Positions 1 through 12,563 of a stretch of 64,000 nucleotides of DNA are shown here, in pieces. Each line of letters starts with the position of its first letter. Within the stretch, counting starts at the first letter, position 1. The notes under the pieces were generated by a model. That model saw only the letters and a program-made list of their open reading frames with translations. It had not been told where the DNA came from and did no database searches. The DNA comes from Lingula anatina (lineage: Eukaryota > Animalia > Brachiopoda). The stretch spans positions 62,970,788-63,034,787 of the forward strand of contig CM120640.1 of assembly GCA_051362555.1 (NCBI GenBank), given 5' to 3'. The position numbers and the translations under genes were made by a program.

Positions 1-242
1 GCTGTGATAACTAAAAGTCAGATATTCCAGCTGTGTAAATTAAGAAAATAATATATGTTTGTTGACTTTCCAAGACATCAAAGACCCATTCCCAAGTTCA
101 AACATCAATATGGCAGTTAAAATATAGTATAGCCATATGTAACGTCTTTGGACTTAGAGTATAAATGTGTAACTTCCATTGTAACCCACACCTACCCCTG
201 CATTTACGCGTGTACATGTCACGATCAGCAAAAAGTGCTTAC

Positions 243-2116
243 CATAGTATTTTTTCAAATCATCATAATCATATTCTTCCTCGCGTTCCTCATCGTCAGA
301 GCCATCCTCCGCAAGTTCCTCGGGTGTCTTCTCTTCTGCACCAAGACTAGCAAGTGCTTTCTCTTCATCAGTGATATCGGCATCAGGGGGAAGCTGAGGG
401 GGCGCCACCGGCTGTTTATCTACCAGTTTGTCCATTTCATCGCTTTCTTCGTCTTTACTCTCAGAGATGTCTGGCTCTGTAGAATCTGAATGGCTGTCTT
501 CATCCTGTTTATCCAACATGTCCTCCGTCTCTGAATCGGTATTCTGGTCTGGCGTCGAGTCTTGATTGAAAGGCTCTATCACACTGTCGGCCGGTGGTTC
601 GTTAGAGTCGTCGCCAGCGTCAGCGCTGGGTACCTGTTCCGACTCTTCAGCAGTGGTGCCAGGGTTCACGAGTTTTGGTATTTTATCCGAAAGCACCCTA
701 TCCATTTGAGTATCAACGAATTCAACTGGCTTTGATTCCACTTCTGACTCGCTTTTGGCATCAACCAAACTGTCTTCTTTCTCGTGTGACGCGGTAGAAC
801 CAGCCTCTTGACTCTTACTTTCTATACCTGGGTCTGATTTCTTTACCCTTTCCTTATTCTGTTGATTTCCAAAGGCTATGGTTTCGTCTGAGCGCTTTTC
901 TGTAGAAAAATATTTAAACAATTGAAACAATTCCAATCAGTGCATTTCTGTGAATTTCGGTGTTTAAAAATTAATTCGATTAAATAACCATTCCTGCATG
1001 AAACATTGTAATGTACATGCATTTATATTAAAAACCTTCAGTCATATACATGTGACAACTTTTCAATTGCTTTTTTGCCTTGACGTAGGATGATAGATGA
1101 ATAAGGAAACAAAAAGGAGAGAGTTTGAATAACGTGTTAAATATATAAGGGAATTGCATGTAATACGTACTTAAATATCAATAACACAAAGCAGAAGTGT
1201 CGTGTTGTCAAAAAAAGTACAAAAGGGGTAATGTGAGGCTAGTTGTTTATCTGGAAAATAGTGATTTTTGTGGCATTGGCATTTTATGTAGAGGAGGATG
1301 ACAAAGCCATTGCACCATATTGATTATCAATGAATGACAGTAGAATGTTGTTGTTTTTTGTATTTTATTTTATTGGTAATTTCAAGTAAATATCATTACT
1401 AGCCAAAGCCCTGAAGACAGTTTGGATTAGGGCATTCCTAGCCATCTAATTTTCAATTTAATCCCGAGGGTTTTCAACTGGGCCCGCCTTTTGGGAATTC
1501 CAAGTGAGCCATTCTACCCTGTTCATCCTTACTGTGGTAAAGCCACATTTGGCCTGTCCTGCGTGGCATTATCATCCTGAAAATTGAACGGATGGTCCCT
1601 GTCCCCAAAGATGTTTCCCATCGCTGTCAGTAGGTGTTGGTCCAGGCATCCCGTTTAGCGCTCGTGATTGTGTGTTCAATTTAAACGTACCAGTCCATCA
1701 ATACCGTATATTTTGTGAGTTCCCGTACTTTCAACAAGGAAGCAATTTGACCGCCAGAGGGACGTTACACGTTCGATGACACACCAAGAGCACAAATCAT
1801 ACAAATGGCGCAATACTTTTGTCACCCCCAATCCCCAGAAGTTGCCATCTGTTTCATTTCATATCAAACAAAACTTCGTGAAATAAGGTTTTGACAGGTA
1901 ACAATTTTGTATGTCAGTAAAAATAGGACAACTAAAATGTTGACGTTTCGGATATCTTTATCATGATCACAACAATTTAACACTTCCATCTCATAAAAAC
2001 ATGACGCTACAGCAGTAATAATTCCTCTCACTTTCTTCAATTATCTTACCTGGCAAGGTGGGAGCAGCTGCCATGACTCCCAACAGCATTGCCACCACAG
2101 CGCATTTTAGCAACAT
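243..2116 (-). CDS. Secreted acidic prohormone, GNxQN / prohormone-2 (NVP-like) neuropeptide precursor; 3' part lies beyond the left edge
   Basis: Exon 2116-2050 (ATG; MLLKCAVVAMLLGVMAAAPTLP signal-peptide-like; donor G|GTAAG) splices in phase 1 to exon 899-243 (acceptor TTTTTCTACAG; donor G|GTAAGC). Product: ...APTLPEKR-SDETIAFGNQQNKERV-KK-SDP... then a long D/E/S/P-rich spacer. FGNQQN between dibasic sites matches the recalled lophotrochozoan GNxQN / arthropod prohormone-2 motif. Confidence 0.8.
1400..1830 (-). mobile_element. Decayed Tc1/mariner DNA transposon remnant in the prohormone intron
   Basis: Minus-strand translation with stops: GIDGLVRLN*THNHER*TGCLDQHLLTAMGNIFGDRDHPFNFQDDNATQDR ... 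PVENPRD, resembling the Tc1 FQQDNA and NPIENLW motifs; TIR-like end GGGGTGACAAAAGTATTGCG near 1810-1829. Confidence 0.65.
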
Positions 2117-4897
2117 CGCGATGATGCTCTGGAAAGTCAAATACAAAAACTTCTTTGAATATGTACTGTACATGTACCAGTTAAGATATTCAAACATCTT
2201 TTTTTTACCGCGAGATTTTTTTTCTCCAATTCTCAATTGTACAGTAAAAAAATTACACACGTAAACTATTCAGGAATATACATAAAATTCAAAGCCATGA
2301 CTCTTGTACTGGTTTGAACTCAAATTCTAATAATATTATTGTTTGCGTGTACTAGATAAGCACGAATCTCATTGTTTGATCTGAAAACGTGTATCTATTT
2401 GGATCGTCATTCTTTATACAAGTACGAACATCAATTGATGATGTTTTGTTTCCAGTTTAATTAAGCAAGAACGAACAGCAGGATGAATGAAGCTGCTTAT
2501 ACAAGCTTATAAGAAATGGGAGCTTCAAATCCTGCGCTTCTGTTCCGGGGCGATTATATCAGCATGATCTTTTACATCTAACAATCAAAGAATGGTGAAA
2601 ATAGAATAACCCACGGCAAGCTTGCTTCTTCAAAGATAACATTGACGTAATGCATGGATTATTCATGTCCATTTGTAACAGCCACACGGTAAACAAAAGC
2701 CGTATTCATGTGCGTAAGCTGATATGCATATATCAAATTTCAAATAATGACATATATTAGGTAGCCGCTATTTGACATTTGTATACACGGTTGGTGATGT
2801 AAACCTCAAGCATTAAATGTCGATTTCCGTGCTAGACAAGAGTTGTTTAAGTGGCAAACTCATATGGCTTTGTCTACTGTTTGCCCACGGTAAAAGTTCC
2901 TGCATGCTGGGAGCCCATAGACATTGTTATCTAAGGTATCTATTTTCATGTCAGAACTTCAAATGAGTCTCTCGTCTTTTGTCTGAAGTGTCCGTTATTT
3001 TATCCACTTGTATGGGGATTCTCATGCATTCTCATACTTTTGAACGAGACTCGTATTTGGAGCGTGTCTTGGGTTTATGATAATGCCAACTTTACACTCC
3101 GGGAATTGTTAAAGTAAACCAGACTGCATACATGCGTATAATACTGAATTATATGCAAATAAAGGCGAGAGGGAAACATGACTCACATTTTGTGATTGCT
3201 CCTTGGAAATATGTCACCTATTCTTTGCTACCTTTGAAGATACATTCTATAGTTACTGTGTTAAACCAGTGACTCTTGCTTCCAAACATTCCAAACACAA
3301 ATATTGTGTTCTGTATTGATTTCACTCAGAAATATAGAACCATGCATTTTTAAAATACTCTTGATCTATGGTTTCATTAACTTTTTTCCTTTTGAAACAA
3401 TAAACCAGTCTAAAATATTCTACGCTTGCTGCGAAAATGTTGCAATTTGCTTTATCATAATTTGAAATACAGAACCAGACAAACCAAAACCGCTCTGCTC
3501 AACACAAGCATATAATTGGGACGGCATAACACAAGCTTCTGTCAACGGAAGCATGAATATCATATCTTAAGAAAACCCAAAGGTGCGTAACTCGTTATTT
3601 CCACTGGCTTAGGTTAAAAAAGCACTGAGGCAAGCCAATTAAAGACTTCTTAAAACCCATAACGACGAGCTATTTCCATTTATTGAGCTCTTCTGGCGTT
3701 TTAATGTTCTTTATCATTAGACTTAGATTGATTTCCAATGTTAAATCAGGTACAGCACGTGGGTGTAGGAAGAGAATAAGGACCCAATAAGGCACGCTGG
3801 CTAATGCACAAGTGGGATAATTAGTATTGACTAATTTGCCATCCCTGCTTGTCTAACAGAGCACTGCGTCAACTATAGCGTGCTGTCATTCTGCTGGATA
3901 GATTCAGAATGATTCCATGACTCGCCAAGAACACACTCCATCCATTTCTTTTATACACTTTTTCCTCGAGAAACCCAAAACTCACTCTTAAAAACCATTT
4001 GAATCTATTATTTAGCCAAATAATATCAACAAAGTTTGACAGATCTTCACTGCGTTGCTGTAGTGGTAATATGAAAACTAGAAACTTATCAATCAGTAAT
4101 TCTAAGCAAATGGTACGAGTTGTTTTACTGTATACTTCTTTAAACCTAGGATCCAAAAGCCTCTTTATTTTTGATCATAGTTTAAACAGACTGCAACAGG
4201 CCATTACAAAAGTATTGCAGCATGTGTGTAAATACAATGTTTACTACCAAATGATAGGAACGACCTGTCTTACTTGGTATTGTAGGCTTTTGACGTGTAT
4301 ATTTCATCAGTTATGACTTATCAGCCTGAATGATTGAATATTCGCTTTGTCAGCTATCATTATCAAAAAGATGTGTATTCTACAATACTAGTGCGATGGC
4401 CGCCATTAAAATGGAGAATATGTGGAAGGAGAAGTTGGAATTTCACTGCTACTTTCTACTTTCAGACCGAAATAATTGCTTTTGGCTGACTGAGGGTACA
4501 ATATAATTGATGATTAGAAAGATGTGCAAAACGCCGATTGAATAAAAAACCGGATAAACAAAAACCATTGACGTCTCTCATTAACTGGCAGTGTTGCCAT
4601 TAGGCTTACACTCTTTCACTGATAGTAGAAATCTAAAAACCATCCTCTTACATCCTTACTTTGAAGGCAAAAATTTTAATTCGCCGATAGCGGCAGCCAA
4701 AACAAATTTCATAGGGTTGCTTCAAGGAAATAGAACAGCCCTTTGCATGAATAATCCTGCCTAAAGATACCAATGGTTCTTAATATATCATCACTTATTT
4801 TGTTCAAGAGGAAACCCAACTGAGATGGATCAGCATAATTTTTAACTTAACGTAAAAATGGGGTCTCTAAACCAGTGCAGAATTGGCATTCAGTTTG

Positions 4898-5295
4898 ATA
4901 ATAATAATAATCTTTATTGGAATGTTGCAACCCGAAGGTTGAAGTTATACATATAAATATTAATTTATTTATTTACTATAATTTGTAATCAAATTTCATT
5001 GTAAGTCAGAGAAGCCTGGTCATTTTTGGTCCTGTTGCACACTATACAGGTAGTCGCTCTCACCTCCCTGGGGAGGATACAGCCCGGCTGCCATATTAGG
5101 CGCTCAGAGCTAACAAACTAACAAACATTTCTCCTCTGCCAGACCAGGCCCCTGCTTCAACCCCTTAGTGCTGAGTGCCAAGCGGGGAGACAGCAGGTAC
5201 CGTTTATAAAGGACTGGTATGTCCCCAGACGGGTTTGAACCCACGTCCTCCCGCTCCGGAGGCGGACACTCTAACCACAAGGTCATCCGGTCGGT
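4898..5295 (-). mobile_element. tRNA-derived SINE with LINE-like 3' tail
   Basis: Minus-strand head ACCGACCGGATGACCTTGTGGTTAGAGTGTCCGCCTCCGGAGCGGGAGGACGTGGGTTCAAACCC has pol III A-box and B-box (GGTTCAAACCC); GC-rich central domain (CCTGCTGTCTCCCCGCTTGGCACTCAGCAC); ends in AACCTTCGGGTTGC...AATAAAG(ATT)n. The 3' boundary is approximate. Confidence 0.75.
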
Positions 5296-5512
5296 CAAAA
5301 TTAGCATTGATGGGCCAAATCTACTTTAAACAAGTTTCGTTCCGTAGTACAAGTGGTAAATTTTTTAATAGTTTGAGTGAAGCAGTTCTGAATAAATAAT
5401 AACTTGTTATATCTTAACCATTCCGCGCTTGACTCCACAAAATGAAATGGCTACTGGGCGTAACGCGTTTGGCAAGCAAAATATTTATTTCACACGTCAG
5501 TGTGATACTACT

Positions 5513-5933
5513 AAGAGAAGATCCGAAGATCTACAGATCCACGGATCAAATATGGCGGACCCTACATGAAAGAAGAGTCTCCCCGCCTCCACACGCGCCA
5601 TTAAGCAAATTAAATCACGGCTCCGAGGTTTAATTGCTGGGCCCTTGCAAGGACGGTGCGTGTGGAGGCGGGGAGACGATCAGCGGATAAATCGGCTCTT
5701 CTTTCATATAGCAGGGGCGGATTTAGGCCGTCTTCTGGGTCTTCCAGAAGACGGTCAGATTTTCAAGTTTACATTGACGGGTATCCAATTTTTAATGTTG
5801 GAAGACGGTCAAAATTGGAGGATGAATCAACAAAGATAATTTGGAAGACTGTCAGTATATAGCTCTGGATCCGCCCCTGTATAGGGTCCGCCATATTTGA
5901 TCCATGGATCAGAAGATCCTCGGATCTTTTATT
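5513..5933. mobile_element. Long-TIR MITE (outer element of a nested pair)
   Basis: Left arm AAGATCCG..GATCCACGGATCAAATATGGCGGACCCTACATGAAAGA..GTCTCCCCGCCTCCACACGC is complementary to the right arm (5657-5711 plus 5885-5930), which is split by an inserted element. Confidence 0.75.
5712..5879. mobile_element. Small MITE with CAGGGGCGGAT...ATCCGCCCCTG TIRs (inner element)
   Basis: 11-bp perfect TIRs; flanked by TATAG at 5707-5711 and 5880-5884 (apparent TSD); a decayed inverted copy lies at 51183-51339. Confidence 0.8.
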
Positions 5934-5943
5934 CCAAATGGGC

Positions 5944-6155
5944 TCTTAGACATCGCAAGCCTTAAAAATAATATTCTAATTTTAGAAAACGAATTAATCA
6001 GTTTTTAGAAATGTGATAAAAAGAAAGTATGAACGCCACATGTGACATATCTTAGACATCGCAAGCCTTAAAAATAATATTCTAATTTTAGAAAACGAAT
6101 TAATCAGTTTTTAGAAATGTGAGAAAAAGAAAGTATGAACGCCACATGTGACATA
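5944..6155. repeat. Direct tandem duplication, 2 x 106 bp
   Basis: TCTTAGACATCGCAAGCC...GCCACATGTGACATA starts at 5944 and again at 6050; one visible mismatch (GATAAAA vs GAGAAAA). Confidence 0.95.
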
Positions 6156-9100
6156 AAATACAAAATTCACTATACACATTTTCGGAAAGGGGATTCAGCA
6201 GCAGACACTTGATTCATTGCTCTATAGATTCTCAATAATGAACACTCATGGCTTTTCATCCAAGCCATGGGGCATATACAGTAGAGACGTAAAAGGTCAT
6301 CAAAATAAAGCAGTCGCATTTGAAGTCTCACTAGTATATAGTTTGTTTTAATTTCAAGGCGTCATTTTTGTATCATTTTTGTAATCATTTTTGTAATGTG
6401 TAAGAGAAATGTTTCTTTCAAAATTATTGTTTGGATATTCAAAAAGATCCCTCTGCTTGTGCAATTAATTGATCTCAACTTGAACTTCAATATTTTTCTA
6501 TTTTTTTAATCAACAAGTTTTGCAAATTATGTGAAATAATGTTTCCATTATGCCAGTATTTGCACGATAAAAAATCCCAGGTGAAATTTAAAAAAACATA
6601 CAAAACACCCTTTTTGAAAATAACCAAACCAAAGGGAACTCAGATTAAGGAAATTGACTAATCAATATCGGTTCATTGAACTTGGGTTGTAAAACCACTC
6701 GGGAAACTTAACAAGGTGCCTCGAGGAGAACACCTCCGCAAACCTAATTTAAACCTGTATCTTGTAACAGATGTGTATTTAATTGTACTTGACTCTCTTT
6801 GGAGGCCTAAAAACTCAAAGACCCAAGGCAAAAGACAAATTATAACTGTAATTGTAATCTTCAATCGGCACGTGGTTTCCCCTGCAAGCTAAAAAAAGAA
6901 TTAAAACACAAGAGCGAATTTTATTTCCTCATCTACTGACTCGTAAATTTTTCGTATCAAATTAACAGATTTCAAAGGAGAAAATGGTTGCTGAATCATT
7001 ACTGAATAGTGTTAAAACGTGTGTTGCACATGTGTGTGTGTGTGTGTAATTGAGTCAACAGGCACGTAGGTCTACATGAACATATGAGAAGTCGCACTAT
7101 TTAACTTAAATCTCTTCTTGATAGGCAGTATATGGATTTGTTGCGTCAAATCTCCGATGCTTGAATATATAAATAACATCGACTTGAAAGAGCCGCCTCT
7201 TCAGAAAATGTATTGGCGACAGTTAGATTGAGTGCTTTCCTGTTGAACCTCTAAGCCAGCACAACATTGCAAAGAAGCATGTGACATATAAGTCTTAAAA
7301 CACATCAGAAATATCCCTTTAGTCCCTTAGTAATGCCATGAGAGATTATATCTTTTAGCTGCATTAACTGATTTGCACTGAACCAAAGCTATCATGCTCA
7401 GTTCCTTTGCTGAATTCTTTGTTACAGAAGGCTGCTCTCGTACAAAAGCCGATACTGAAATGTCAACCTCCCACGCCTGCGCTGAGACAAAGCAATTGAA
7501 CACTCGGCATTGTCACGGAATTTGACAGAGTATGTGAATAATTAAAGCATTAATCTAAGACGGACGGTATCCGGTGTTAGAGAAAACGAGATTCAAATCA
7601 TTTCGTATGGCTGATAGAAGCTTTTTTTCAGAGCGCCGTGAGTGCGGTGTCATGTTAATCTAGACACTTGGCTTGAAATTACTACACAGCAGGGTAATGT
7701 TTGATGAAAAAACTGTGGCGTTTTTTCTTTTGCATATCAACAAAAATGTACTCAGTATTTTCGAGGTATATGTGATGTCACAGTAATAGTACTTTACTAT
7801 ATTTGAATGAAAAGTGTGAAATGATGATATGATTTAACTCGTCAAACATGCATGTTCATTGACTACAAGGGGCCTTTAGTCTCATCATTATATGGAAAAG
7901 CTTATTTTGATATTATTTTTTTTCAATGAATATCTTTTGTATGTCATCACTGCAGAACAAAGACCTGGCGTCTAAACTTTAAATATTAACCCAAAATATA
8001 AACAACAGAATATCGGCAATGCATGTCTATGTTTTGCTCCCGTCGGAGCTGCTCTCCTCAGTTCACTGCTGTTGGTAGAATATTGTTATTGGTAATCCCT
8101 GCATCGCCAGGACACGGGGCGCCAGAGATTGATGCGCTTTTAATTCTTACAAGCTGTATGGATATACCGCTATAAAAGGTTATTGATTAACTCACTTACA
8201 GTAAAAAAATGCGTCTAGGTATATCAGCCAAGAGGGAATCCATTCTATCATTGTATGCCATTAAAACCATTTTCTTTTTCTTGTATTGTTGTTTGCTCTG
8301 CGCCAAATGTAAGTTTGATTTCTACCTTTGGGACAAAATATTTAGGTCAAATAATAGGGAATGTGTAGATATCAGAAGTGCATGAGTATAATGAAACACC
8401 TTGTAGAGCAGCTAGATACAGACATAAAGAGACGTCACGTTGCGCGTCAACAGAACTGACAATAGTCTCAAGCAGAATCGTGTTCACCTAACTCGTTTCA
8501 ACCGCTATGTGGTTTTAAATGCCGGCTTTTTCTATCTCTTTATCAAATATCTTGTGTTAACGGGTTCAGAGAAAAAAGAGCAACAGTATAGAATCATTTC
8601 AGTGCAAACTTAAGCATCACAAACAGATTTACCAAAAAGCAAATTTCACGGCAACTGAAATTTGAAACTGACGTTTGAAAGTGCAGTGATGTTGTTGTAT
8701 AAATGTACATGTTAAATCCTGTTGTCTTTGCCCAGTTTTGGGAAAATTATTTTGTGTGTTGGGGAAGGTGTCTGTTCTTGATTTTACAATGTAAACCACA
8801 GAAGACATAAGCGACCAAAGACTACCTAATACATGTACTCCCGGATCTAAAATTAGTTGACAAATACGATGTGGACATGTTGATATTAACCTTAGCAGAA
8901 TAACACCTAACACTTAAATTGCTACATGTAAGTTAATTTAAAAGGTGGCCATCTAAGAAATGACCACTTAACACACAGTAACGTTAAGTCACAAATGAAA
9001 TCATCTTGTTAATTTTCATATATAATATTGGTCATTTAGATTTGTACATAGATAAAGCAAATGTAACTTCATGTTCGTTTAAATGATGCTAGAAATTTTT

Positions 9101-10182
9101 ATATGTACATAGAACCCTTTACTTTACCCATTGAAACAGCATCTAAGAGATATAAGATGCATCTGGATTAGATGTGGTAAATCGAATCTTTTACGAACCT
9201 AAAGGAGACGCACAAGTTGGACAGTTCTCTGCCAATACGATTGTTTTCTTTTGTCTTGAATAAGATAAATGGCGCACGTCATTCACCATTTCCAGGATAT
9301 TCCGTTTGATTAAGGTAATTCAGTTTCCTGAGACTTTCAATCTCCCAAATCAGAGTTTTATTTTACTATGAATTCCCCTTTTAAATCGGAGAAATGTCAA
9401 GGTGTTAACGGAATCAAACATGTATTGCTTGTACAGTTGGCATCTTGGGTCTTATTGCGATGAAAATCTACACCTTGTTACTCAGTTCATTCAAATTGTC
9501 AAACGGCTTTGATCTCAAAAAGTCAAAATTGTACAGACACTTTTTGAACGTGCAGCACTGCAGATGGATTCAGGAATCGCATACTTTTTTGTATTAACGA
9601 CGAATGTCAAATAACTCAGGTTTTAGTGAGGAGTAGCACGAAAATCTATGTGTAAGCAGGTGTGCTAACGCGTGAATTTCGTGCTAAGCGGAAGGAAAAA
9701 TCAGAAAATAATAAAAACACAGCAATTTAAAATTCGATTTCTTATTAACCAGCAAAGGCAGTTGCTAACAGTATTAATATTCACCTCATATTAGTTGGCA
9801 GACAGAACGTTTTATACACAAGTACATTTGTTTAGCTAGGCTCTACTCTGGTCTTCAGATAAAATTTGGTCCCTTGTCTCAAGACTATACCGCAGAAAAT
9901 ATTTTCGGGACCAAAAGAGAGCCAGCCAAGGGCACATTTCGGGACCACGTTTGGTCACATCATGATGCACAGAACAGGTAGGACCAGAATGGAGCCTCTA
10001 GGAAACAAGTTAGAGCCAAGGGAGCGAATATGATCTGAGGACCACAGTTGGTATGTGGAACGAAATGTATCCTCACGCGCCTATAAGTTATTAGTCTCAT
10101 TTTTTCATCAAAACTATTTAATTGAGGTATCGTTCATCTACTCGGAAATAGCTAATTTTGTTTAAACTGTGGCGGATCATTG

Positions 10183-10192
10183 ATGACGTCAT
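10183..10192. promoter_or_regulatory. Full palindromic CRE (ATGACGTCAT), upstream of the prohormone coding exons
   Basis: TGACGTCA at 10184-10191; function not shown. Confidence 0.3.
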
Positions 10193-12484
10193 TATAACAC
10201 TAGCGCTAGCTCAATTAGCTTCTTTCACCTTAATTCAACTATACTGTATATATTAAAGATAGGATTGAACACATGCTTAGCTTAGTGTTAATGTTGCCAT
10301 AGGAGAACATTATCCAAGCCATATAACCTAATCAACACCATCAGTAACCCGACTCCGGTAGCTACAGCAAATATCAAAATCAAATTACCACATGGGCGTC
10401 TCAGCATGAGAAGATATATTTCCAATCACTATTTATTCAAATGGATGAGATGCGTGATAAAATATTGGCAATTTTAGTACGTGAAGATATTAGTGAAGCA
10501 AATACAGAATCTGACGGCCTGTCCTTTCTTATTTATTCCTGTCGAGTGAACACGCGTGTGTACTGAGGCAAGTGGTTAACGGCGGCAATAGCCGATGGAA
10601 ATATATGGAAATGTCGTGTCATTGGTGCCATTAAACCCTTGCTGATTTATCCCATTTTGTTGCAAGTTAAGTCTGTGTTAACATTGACATCTTTCAACAC
10701 TAAGTTCCATAAGGTTCTAAAGCTTATATGATCTCGGTGAAAGATGACAGGAGGTATACGGATAACAAGTGATACTCTACATGAAAGCTTTGATAACCTC
10801 TTGAATTTCGATTACCTGAAATAAGTAACAGAAAGGAATACCATTATCACGCATAGTTATACAAGTTATCTGAAACTGGCTTACATGAGGAAATATTCTG
10901 CTATACAGGTCAAAAATTATTCGATATCTATACCTTAATAAACCTTGTAAATTGGTACATCTATGAGAAAAAAACGAATACTTGTCCGGGGTAAAATTGA
11001 TACAAGCGTCAATTTTTAAGGTTAATAGATATATTTACCGAGGATTTTTGATATATATTTGTAAATGCTCTTGACCTCAAATGGAGAATTCGCATAACTG
11101 TTCTCGAAAAGTTATGTCCAGTAATAGAAACTAAAAAAAGTCATTATCTCACGTATCAGAGATGTGAATCTGTATGTGTCAGAGTTTGTATGTTGTGCTG
11201 GGTGAAAGTGAGGTATTTACAACGATTCACTAGCAAAGAAGACCTTACTTTGTGAACAAAATCTGCAAAAGTAATTTGTCGAAATTTGACCAATGCCTTA
11301 TATAATTTAAAGTATATTCATCCCGACTGCTATTGAACAACGTCCAGTTGCCTTGGGCTTTACGTTGGTTTAAGCAAGACTACGCAATCAAATAATAAAC
11401 TTACAATAAATAATTATCTATAAATGTTGACATGACTACTGACTACTTTTGCTTTCAACTATAGACTTTAAGTCTAGGTCGCAAATCTACATCAGGAAAA
11501 TAATGAAAGTACATTATGACGTGCAAAAGCGAAAAACCAAAATGGTAGTACTATCTGAAGTTTCATATCGCAGAATTGAGAGCTGTTGACTATAGAGCAT
11601 ATAAACGATAAGCAGTATCAAATTACTGCCCTTTTTTATCTGTCCATTATAAATTCCACGGAGGATATGTAACGGTAGAAATATTGGAACAAAAACAACA
11701 CATGAATATTTGCCCCAGGGGAGCTACTGCCCATAAAGAGTAGTTGTCAGCATACGACGTGTGTTTCTATAACAAATCGTTTTCAGTCACTAACGCCTGC
11801 ACTCCTTGCACGTGGCATATAATATGAAAATTCTAATCTAAAAAGAAAAGACATTATCAAATCTGCTGTTACATTTTACTGTCTTATGGGTCTTTTTTAT
11901 ATTTATAACATAAAATAGCGTTGAATTCAGTGATCAATTACCGCTTGAATTTAAACAGAGCAAACATAAACGATGAATTTGTGAATATATTTCCGCTAAA
12001 ACTAGAGCAGGAGAATCCATTTTATCTAATACACAGAAACTACCAGCTGGCTGCAGATTGACATGCATATAGCACTAGGCATGTAACTCTGTTAAACCAT
12101 GTACGTACATACAATCATTAACAAATCTCAAGAAATGAGCCTTACTGATCCGATCGATGAATTTTCGTCAGAAACCGAAAAAAAACACTTTGACATGAAA
12201 ACATCCTTTACAACATGCATCCCAGATTGAGTGACGACCACAGATTTGTTTTTATGTTGACACGTGAATATTGCATTGCGAAAAATTAACAAATTGCATG
12301 ATGAGAGAAAAAATAGATTCGTACATTAGTTTGAACATTAAACAAGAGCAAATCTGAAAACTGAGGAACAAAAAATCTTTATCACAAAAGCAACACAACA
12401 TCATTCTATTTTCTAATACTGTATCCACTCTCTCAAATCAATTCAACAGCAGTGTTGATTATTAAACAAGGACGACTCAATTAC

Positions 12485-12563
12485 CTGGCAGTGGAGTTCT
12501 ATAGCCAAGTTACCCTTCTTGACGCGGCGTGTGTTCTCTCTGCCAGAACGTTTGGTTTCTAAT
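12485..12563 (-). other. Possible non-coding 5'UTR exon of the prohormone gene
   Basis: Strong acceptor (T-run then CAG) at 12564-12565 and donor CAG|GTAATT at 12484; the first coding exon has its own acceptor at 2129-2130, so an upstream exon is expected. Confidence 0.3.

Noticed and set aside
148-489. Hydrophobic plus-strand ORF (113 aa)
   Set aside because: Antisense shadow of the acidic prohormone exon, with a non-ATG start.
5225-5295. tRNA gene
   Set aside because: A and B boxes are present but the acceptor stem does not close and the sequence runs into a SINE body and tail.
9836-10055. Degenerate inverted and short repeats (GGACCA/TGGTCC) suggesting a MITE
   Set aside because: Too decayed to define termini or a TSD.
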